A stretch of DNA of 64,000 nucleotides. Origin: Reichenbachiella sp. Lineage in GTDB: Bacteria > Bacteroidota > Bacteroidia > Cytophagales > Cyclobacteriaceae. The stretch is taken from contig NZ_JBDVOL010000017.1 of assembly GCF_039969095.1 (NCBI RefSeq), positions 94,039 through 158,038 on the forward strand. Direction: 5' to 3'. The first letter of the stretch is position 1; every line of letters begins with the position of its first letter. The notes below the pieces were generated by a model that was not told the origin of the DNA, did not search any database, and saw nothing but the letters and a program-made list of their open reading frames with translations. Positions 57,981-64,000 of this stretch are shown here, piece by piece. A program made the translations under genes and the position numbers.

Positions 57981-59558
57981 TTATTTAACATTAATCCTTT
58001 GTGCATATACCTCTGCACCCATATTGATTTGTATTACATAAATACCTCTAGGTAACAAAAGAGAAGAAGCATCAAACCTAATCTTTCCACTTTCAATGTT
58101 ATATGGAAGTTCAAAACTTAAACTCCCCGTGAGGTCATAAACTTTTGCTATTATTTGCTCCTCCCCTGAATAATTGATGTAAAAATCCTCGCCAGATGCA
58201 ACTGGCATTGGGTATATGGTAAGGCCTGCATTTTGATTCAATTTATAATTGACTTTCTTGATAGGAAAAAATTCATTGGCCCCATCATAGTCTACCTGCT
58301 CCAACTGGTAATAATAGATGCCTTTTTGTGAAGGATAATCCTGGAGTTCGTACTTTTTCTGTTCGTTCGTTGTTCCATGACCAGCTACCCAGTCTATAAT
58401 CTCAAAATCTACTCCATTAGTTGAGCGATGGATATTGAAATGATCGTTGTTCAACTCACTAGCTGTTTTCCAAGAAAGGGCTATGTGATCCAGTTGAATA
58501 TCCACATCAAATGAAAGTAAGGAAACTGGCATACTAGCACAAGCGGATCCGCAACAACCACCACCTCCACCACTACAGTTTTCGTCTGCTCCACCAGTTA
58601 CAGTAGGATCTGTTCCTGAATAAGTGCCACCTACGACCATGCCACCTCCATCTACAGTAGTAGTACCACCTCCAGTGTTGTCATAGTCTCCATCAACATC
58701 TATAGTACCTCCGCTTTCTGCAGTGGTACTGCCACTACCGCCATTGTCAAAATCTCCTCCTATGCTGATCGATCCGCCATTGCTCACTTCTAAAATTTCC
58801 GAGCCTCTATTGTCAAAATCACCTGTGATAACTACATGAGAATTATTGATATACAATTCATTATTCTGCAAATGCCCTTTTACATCCAAGGTCGTATTAT
58901 TATTAAGATACAATTTACCGCCACCATTCATAGATAATGCAGTCTGAGATACACCGTCGGCATAACCCACTCCTACATCCAAATCAGAATCGCTCACCGT
59001 GGTTGTTCCACTGTCTATAAATAGGTCTCCGCCAATATTGAATGTACAACTAGTAACAGTAGCTTCTTCGAGTTCGAAATCACCTGTTCCTGTGGTAGTG
59101 AAATTACTATTAGAAAGTGTTAGCGTATTTAAATTAGAACTTAAAGAACCAGAATTGATCGTACTATTTGATACAGTAATATCTGCTCCAGTAAGACTTG
59201 CAGCACCTGTTGCATTTATAGTTGCTCCATCGATCAAGAGGTCTCCACCTCCGCTAGTACTCAAATCACCCGAAATGGTATATGTTCCACCTGTAATTGT
59301 GTTATTTCCATTGCCATCAGTAAAACTTCCTAAGACAATATCTGCGCTCGATGCAGTGATGGAACCACTGGCCTTCAATGTGAGTTTACCAGTTACAGTC
59401 ATGGTCACTCCGGGATTCACAATTAGGGAACCACCGCTTACGGTTAAGTCACCAGTTGTAGTACAATCAGATGATATAGTGCCACTTGTTGGGCATTGTG
59501 CTGACACACGCATACCTAGTCCAAGTATGCTCGCGCATAATATAATTTTTCTCTTCAT
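57981..59558 (-). CDS. T9SS-secreted beta-helix repeat surface protein
   Basis: Signal peptide, ~320 aa of G/T/S/D/N-rich imperfect repeats, a Cys/Gly linker CSGGGGGCCGSACAS, an FN3-like domain (LSWKTASELNNDHFNIHRSTNG) and a Por sorting tail (LTIYPMPVASGEDFYINY...GIYVIQI...RINVK). Confidence 0.7.
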   Translation of the reverse strand: MKRKIILCASILGLGMRVSAQCPTSGTISSDCTTTGDLTVSGGSLIVNPGVTMTVTGKLTLKASGSITASSADIVLGSFTDGNGNNTITGGTYTISGDLSTSGGGDLLIDGATINATGAASLTGADITVSNSTINSGSLSSNLNTLTLSNSNFTTTGTGDFELEEATVTSCTFNIGGDLFIDSGTTTVSDSDLDVGVGYADGVSQTALSMNGGGKLYLNNNTTLDVKGHLQNNELYINNSHVVITGDFDNRGSEILEVSNGGSISIGGDFDNGGSGSTTAESGGTIDVDGDYDNTGGGTTTVDGGGMVVGGTYSGTDPTVTGGADENCSGGGGGCCGSACASMPVSLLSFDVDIQLDHIALSWKTASELNNDHFNIHRSTNGVDFEIIDWVAGHGTTNEQKKYELQDYPSQKGIYYYQLEQVDYDGANEFFPIKKVNYKLNQNAGLTIYPMPVASGEDFYINYSGEEQIIAKVYDLTGSLSFELPYNIESGKIRFDASSLLLPRGIYVIQINMGAEVYAQRINVK

Positions 59559-59916
59559 TATTCTCTCTATACTGCTTCTTTACTGCTGCTGGTTGGGCTG
59601 GGTAGGAGAGGTTGAGCTGCAAAAGAAATTTAAAGTGTTGAGAAAAAGATAGGTTTTCGACGAAATGTATCTATTACCCGATAAATAATATTTATAAGTC
59701 AATACAGAGTCGTATAAGTGACCTTATATCTTAATAGTACAATTTTACAATATTCGCATTAATCCTGTCTAAAAATAAACAATCCTAAACGATGTAGGTA
59801 CATTTATGTTAAAATGACAATAGATTCATTCAGCCTGGAAAGACTTAATTCAAAGTGAACAAAGGATTCCCGGTAGTATTTCATTTTTGCAAGGCAATAA
59901 GAGGATGGCCATTTCA

Positions 59917-62727
59917 TCAATGCGCCTCCAACCAATTATTTCCTGTACCCATTCCTACCTCCATCGGCACATCGATTGGTAGTGCATTTTTCATCAATTC
60001 TTCTACTTTTTTCTGGAGAGTTGATAGTTCATCCTTATGGGCATCAAAGACCAATTCATCATGCACTTGCATAATCATTTTGGATTTAAGTTTTTCCTTT
60101 TTCATCCAATCATGGATGTTGATCATGGCTACTTTGATGATGTCCGCGGCGCTTCCCTGGATAGGCGCATTGACTGCATTTCGCTCTGCGAAACCTCTAA
60201 CAGTGGCATTTCTGGAATTGATGTCTCTCAAATAGCGGCGACGACCCAAAATCGTCTCCACATATTCATGCTCCTTAGCGAAATTCACCTGATCATCCAT
60301 GTACCTTTTGATGTTCGGGAATTGAGTGAAATAGGAGTCAATAATCTCTGCCGCTTCAGTTCTGGAAATACCAATATTTTGCGACAAGCCAAATGCTGAA
60401 ATGCCATAAATCAATCCGAAGTTTACCTCTTTGGCTTTACGCCGAATATCAGGAGTCATCTCCGCCATTGGTACATCAAATACCTTTGATGCCGTAGTCG
60501 AGTGAATATCTTGCCCATCTTTGAAAGCCTGAATCATACTTTCATCTTTGGCGAAAGCCGCAATGATACGTAACTCTATTTGAGAGTAATCTGCCGCGAA
60601 AATAGTATAGTCTTTACTCCTTGGCACAAAAGCTTTTCTTATCTCACGCCCCTTGGCAGTACGAATAGGAATATTCTGAAGGTTTGGGTTATTCGAACTC
60701 AGTCGACCCGTGGCAGCTACTGCTTGTCTATAATCTGTATGAATTAGTCCGTCCTTTTTGCTTATCAAAAGCGGCAAAGCATCCACATAGGTAGATTTCA
60801 GTTTTTGATATTCTCTGAATTCCAAAATGCGTTCAGCAATCTCGTGCTCTGGCGCCAGCTTGGACAAAATTTCTTCTCCAGTAGCATATTGGCCTGTCTT
60901 CGTCTTCTTGGGCTTGTCCACCAACTGCAATTTATCAAACAGAATCTCACCCATTTGTTTTGGTGAGTTGATATTGAACTCTTGCCCTGCCAATTCAAAA
61001 ATTTTGTCCTGAGCGGTTACGCTCAACTCGTTGAGGTCTTTCGACATTTCACCGAGTACATTAGTATCAATTTTGACCCCAGCATACTCCACATCTGCCA
61101 ATACAATACTCAGTGGTTCCTCAACTTCGTGCAATAATTTTTCCAGTCCCCTTTCTTCAATTTCTTTTTCCAGTTTGAGCTTTAACTGAAGCGTAATATC
61201 CGCATCCTCCGCCGCATAGTCTACTACATCAGCCACAGGAATGTCACGCATGTTTTTTTGAGACTTGCCCTTACCAATCAAGTCTTCAATCGGAATAGCC
61301 GTATAGTTCAAGTAATTTTCCGCCAACACATCCATCTTGTGCCTGGACTCTGGATCGATGAGATAGTGAGCAAGCATGGTGTCAAACATTTTGCCCGTTA
61401 CTTCCACTCCATAGTTCTTCATCACTTGAATATCGTATTTCAAGTTTTGACCTATTTTTTGAATATTGTCATTTTCCAAAACAGATCTAAACTCTTCCAC
61501 AATCGTCTGAGCTTCTTTTTGATCTGCGGGAATTGGCACATAATAAGCCTCACCAGGCACATAAGCGAAAGCAATTCCTACCAACTCCGCCTCTTCTGGA
61601 TTGACACTTGTGGTCTCTGTATCAAAACAATATTCCTCTTGCAGTGAAAGATATTTCACTAAAGACTTTCTGAGTGCTGGCGTATCAATACAATGGTATT
61701 CGTGCTTGTGGTTCTTCGAATTTTTCTTTTCTTGAACTGTGGTTTGAGCTTGCACCTCTACTGCCGTATCACCAAACAATCCAAGCTGAGATGGTGCAGG
61801 TGCTTTCTTTTTTGCAGGCGTTTTTGCAGAAGTAGTTGGTGCCTCATCAATATCAAAGATTCTTTTGAGCATGGTACGAAACTCTAGTTCTTCAAAAATT
61901 TCCTTGACCTTGGCCTCATTAGGTTCGCAATGTGCTAAATCCTCCTCATTAAAGTCGATCGGCACGTCGATTTTGATTGTAGCCAATTCTTTAGATAGAA
62001 TACCTTGCTGCCCAAATGCTTCCACCTTTTCTTTCATTTTTCCTTTCAGATCAGCTGTATTTTCTAGCAGCCCTTCTACAGTTCCATATGCCTGCAAAAA
62101 TTTAATGGCTGTCTTCTTCCCTACACCAGGTATTCCAGGAATATTATCAGCCGCATCTCCTTCCAAGCCTAAAATATCTCTGACCTGATCTACTTTCTCA
62201 ATTTCAAACTTGGCTAACACCTCAGGGATACCAAGCACATCCACACCATTGCCCATGTAGGCGGGTTTGTAGAGGTAAATATGATCTTCTACTAATTGTG
62301 CATAATCCTTATCCGGCGTCATCATGAACACCTCAAACCCATCTCTAGCAGCCGCCTTGGCTAAAGTGCCAATCACATCATCTGCTTCAAATCCATCCAA
62401 TTGAAGAATTGGAATATTGAATGCTTTCAGAATGTCTTTGATAATAGGTGTGGCTGTACGGATATCTTCAGGCGTTTCTTCACGATGGGCTTTGTATTCG
62501 GGAAACTGCACATGCCTAAAGGTAGGGGCACTTGTATCAAATGCCACCCCAATATGAGTAGGCTTTTCCTTTCTAAGGATTTCCAAAAGGGAATTCATAA
62601 ACCCAAATACGGCACTGGTATTCATGCCTTTGGAATTGATTCTTGGATTTTTGCTAAAGGCAAAATGTGCGCGATAAATCAGGGCAAATGCGTCTAGCAG
62701 GAATAATTTCTTCTCAGGTTTACTCAT
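59917..62727 (-). CDS. polA: DNA polymerase I (5'-3' exonuclease, 3'-5' exonuclease and polymerase domains)
   Basis: 936 aa. LLDAFALIYRAHFA (5' nuclease), CFDTETTS (exo I), RRKAKEVNFGLIYG (motif B) and MQVHDELVF (motif C). Confidence 0.97.
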   Translation of the reverse strand: MSKPEKKLFLLDAFALIYRAHFAFSKNPRINSKGMNTSAVFGFMNSLLEILRKEKPTHIGVAFDTSAPTFRHVQFPEYKAHREETPEDIRTATPIIKDILKAFNIPILQLDGFEADDVIGTLAKAAARDGFEVFMMTPDKDYAQLVEDHIYLYKPAYMGNGVDVLGIPEVLAKFEIEKVDQVRDILGLEGDAADNIPGIPGVGKKTAIKFLQAYGTVEGLLENTADLKGKMKEKVEAFGQQGILSKELATIKIDVPIDFNEEDLAHCEPNEAKVKEIFEELEFRTMLKRIFDIDEAPTTSAKTPAKKKAPAPSQLGLFGDTAVEVQAQTTVQEKKNSKNHKHEYHCIDTPALRKSLVKYLSLQEEYCFDTETTSVNPEEAELVGIAFAYVPGEAYYVPIPADQKEAQTIVEEFRSVLENDNIQKIGQNLKYDIQVMKNYGVEVTGKMFDTMLAHYLIDPESRHKMDVLAENYLNYTAIPIEDLIGKGKSQKNMRDIPVADVVDYAAEDADITLQLKLKLEKEIEERGLEKLLHEVEEPLSIVLADVEYAGVKIDTNVLGEMSKDLNELSVTAQDKIFELAGQEFNINSPKQMGEILFDKLQLVDKPKKTKTGQYATGEEILSKLAPEHEIAERILEFREYQKLKSTYVDALPLLISKKDGLIHTDYRQAVAATGRLSSNNPNLQNIPIRTAKGREIRKAFVPRSKDYTIFAADYSQIELRIIAAFAKDESMIQAFKDGQDIHSTTASKVFDVPMAEMTPDIRRKAKEVNFGLIYGISAFGLSQNIGISRTEAAEIIDSYFTQFPNIKRYMDDQVNFAKEHEYVETILGRRRYLRDINSRNATVRGFAERNAVNAPIQGSAADIIKVAMINIHDWMKKEKLKSKMIMQVHDELVFDAHKDELSTLQKKVEELMKNALPIDVPMEVGMGTGNNWLEAH

Positions 62728-62777
62728 GCGAGTAAAGGTAAGAAAATGATTAAAAGATTGGTTGAGTCGGAGAAAAT

Positions 62778-63242
62778 TTACTGCCCTCCCAAATTAAGGA
62801 ATGGGATCATATGTCCGGCAAACTTCACTGCCCAAGTCATCGGATATCCCCAAAAGATACTGCTCATCCACATATACTTGATGATATCTTTTTTTCGCCC
62901 ACCAAAAGCATTCACAAGAATAGCTCCCCCCAAAGGAGACAGTAGTACTGGCGTAAGAAAGGACATCCCCACCACTCCATACTTCAACCAAAGTTGAACG
63001 TACTTTCTGTTTTTCTTAGTGAATACCTTTTTGTCTCTAGATCTAAATACGCTTTGTGTAAAGTGTCTGATATAAGTCCCAAAATAAGTAAACAGATACA
63101 CGGTAGTCATCATCCCAAGGATGGTCAATGTACCCGTGAAGAAAACACTGTAGCCAAATGACGCACCAAACACAGGTCCAAAAACAAACTTGATACCACT
63201 TGAGCTATAAATTAATAAGTACTTCAGAATTTCTTCGAACAT
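62778..63242 (-). CDS. Small 4-TM membrane protein of unknown function
   Basis: Start placed at MFEEILKYLL (CAT at 63240-63242). The 60 extra N-terminal codons of the track ORF (to 63422) are non-hydrophobic and overlap the opposite-strand M42 peptidase gene. Confidence 0.5.
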   Translation of the reverse strand: MFEEILKYLLIYSSSGIKFVFGPVFGASFGYSVFFTGTLTILGMMTTVYLFTYFGTYIRHFTQSVFRSRDKKVFTKKNRKYVQLWLKYGVVGMSFLTPVLLSPLGGAILVNAFGGRKKDIIKYMWMSSIFWGYPMTWAVKFAGHMIPFLNLGGQ

Positions 63243-63300
63243 AGAATTATAAGATTCGGCGGTAAAATTACGTTCACCTATTTGATTTAGTTGAAAAACA

Positions 63301-64000
63301 ATGATTTTTGTGCTTCGATTTTCAAAAGAATATATGCAGCCTGCAGATATACAATTATTAAAAACCCTTTGTGGGGTCTTCGCTCCTTCTGGCAATGAAT
63401 CTGCCATGACCGAATTTCTCATCGATTATATCAATAAGAATAAAGGAAGTTGGAAAGTACAACCAGAAATGATTCATGGAGATGAATTTCAAGACTGCTT
63501 GATTCTAAAATTTGGCCAACCAAGGACAGCCATATTTGCTCATATTGATTCCATAGGTTTTACCGTTCGGTATGAAAATCAACTCATACCAATTGGAGGG
63601 CCAGAAACTGAAACTGGCTATCGATTAGTCGGACAAGATGCCATGGGACTTATTGAATGCAAACTCAAAGATGAAGAGGGTCATTTATTTTATGATTTTG
63701 GGCGAGGGATCGAGTCTGGTACAGACTTAGTATTCAAATCTGATTTCAGGGAAACAGACGACTATGTCCAATCCTGCTATATGGACAATCGGCTGGGTGT
63801 ATTGAATGCTTTGAAAGTAGCCGAAACACTTGAGGACGGCCTCATCATTTTTTCTTGCTGGGAAGAACATGGCGGAGGCACCGTGCCTTTTTTATGCAAA
63901 TGGATGTATGAAAATTATCAAATCAAACAAGCACTGGTCTCTGACATTACCTGGGTAACTGAAGGTGTAACGCATGGGAATGGCGTGGCTATTTCCCTAC
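63301..64000 (+). CDS. M42 family metallopeptidase (FrvX/glutamyl aminopeptidase-like), N-terminal part; continues past the right window edge
   Basis: Not in the ORF track because it has no in-window stop. My translation is MIFVLRFSKEYMQPADIQLLKTLCGVFAPSGNESAMTEFL...TAIFAHIDSIGFTVRYENQLIPIGGP...CYMDNRLGVLNALKVAE. The start could instead be the Met at 63334. Confidence 0.75.
   Translation, partial: MIFVLRFSKEYMQPADIQLLKTLCGVFAPSGNESAMTEFLIDYINKNKGSWKVQPEMIHGDEFQDCLILKFGQPRTAIFAHIDSIGFTVRYENQLIPIGGPETETGYRLVGQDAMGLIECKLKDEEGHLFYDFGRGIESGTDLVFKSDFRETDDYVQSCYMDNRLGVLNALKVAETLEDGLIIFSCWEEHGGGTVPFLCKWMYENYQIKQALVSDITWVTEGVTHGNGVAISL

Noticed and set aside
58999-59652. 217-aa plus-strand ORF antisense to the beta-helix surface-protein gene and extending past its start
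   Set aside because: The P/V/L/S-rich low-complexity translation mirrors the G/T/S/D/N codon bias of the opposite strand. There is no start context and no recognisable domain. The minus-strand protein has a signal peptide and a T9SS tail.
63243-63422. 60-codon N-terminal extension of the 62778..63422 track ORF
   Set aside because: The extension is non-hydrophobic and overlaps the start of the well-supported opposite-strand M42 peptidase gene. The internal Met at 63242 begins the hydrophobic membrane protein.
1-64000. Scan for mobile elements, prophage, defence islands, CRISPR arrays, tRNA and rRNA
   Set aside because: No transposase, integrase, recombinase, phage structural, restriction, Cas or toxin-antitoxin-like translations. 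No arrays of regularly spaced repeats and no cloverleaf-like sequences in the intergenic gaps. By-eye scanning cannot exclude short MITEs or divergent sRNAs.

Overview
AT-rich, tightly packed chromosomal segment that looks like Bacteroidota. Evidence for this: three proteins with T9SS C-terminal sorting domains, a FISUMP lipoprotein, a TPR/HisKA_2 kinase with a LytTR regulator, rpoN, and long orphan FtsX permeases. I support about 52 protein-coding genes, two of them cut by the window edges and therefore absent from the ORF track. I recognised no rRNA, tRNA, CRISPR array, transposase, integrase or phage gene. Layout: 1-9.2 kb is housekeeping (mrdA-mreDCB, purH, purN, a UbiA prenyltransferase, hflX). 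9.2-15 kb is a polysaccharide export module (GT4, Wza-like, Wzc-like BY-kinase, PHP tyrosine phosphatase). 15-27 kb holds rpoN, a TPR sensor kinase, a LytTR regulator, a 1295-aa T9SS surface protein and an FtsX permease. 27-49 kb is mixed metabolism and transport (two Kv-like channels, NAT, YdiJ-like FAD/Fe-S oxidase, S41 protease, BASS, hemB, Asp-protease-PDZ, IcmF, EamA/LysR, DPP4). 49-60 kb looks accessory, followed by polA. The best candidate for an undescribed system is the minus-strand unit at 49346-53062. It encodes a PrnB-like (IDO/TDO-superfamily) haem enzyme fused to an extra N-terminal domain, a stand-alone paralogue of that domain, and a two-Rossmann flavoprotein, with no halogenase or Rieske partner. 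Secondary leads are a signal-peptide/CBM-like/7-TM/AraC protein directly upstream of a secreted GH13 amylase, three 21-bp-phased direct repeats between the LytTR regulator and the giant surface-protein gene, and two unusual voltage-sensor channels. All family assignments come from motif recognition in the translations, not from searches.
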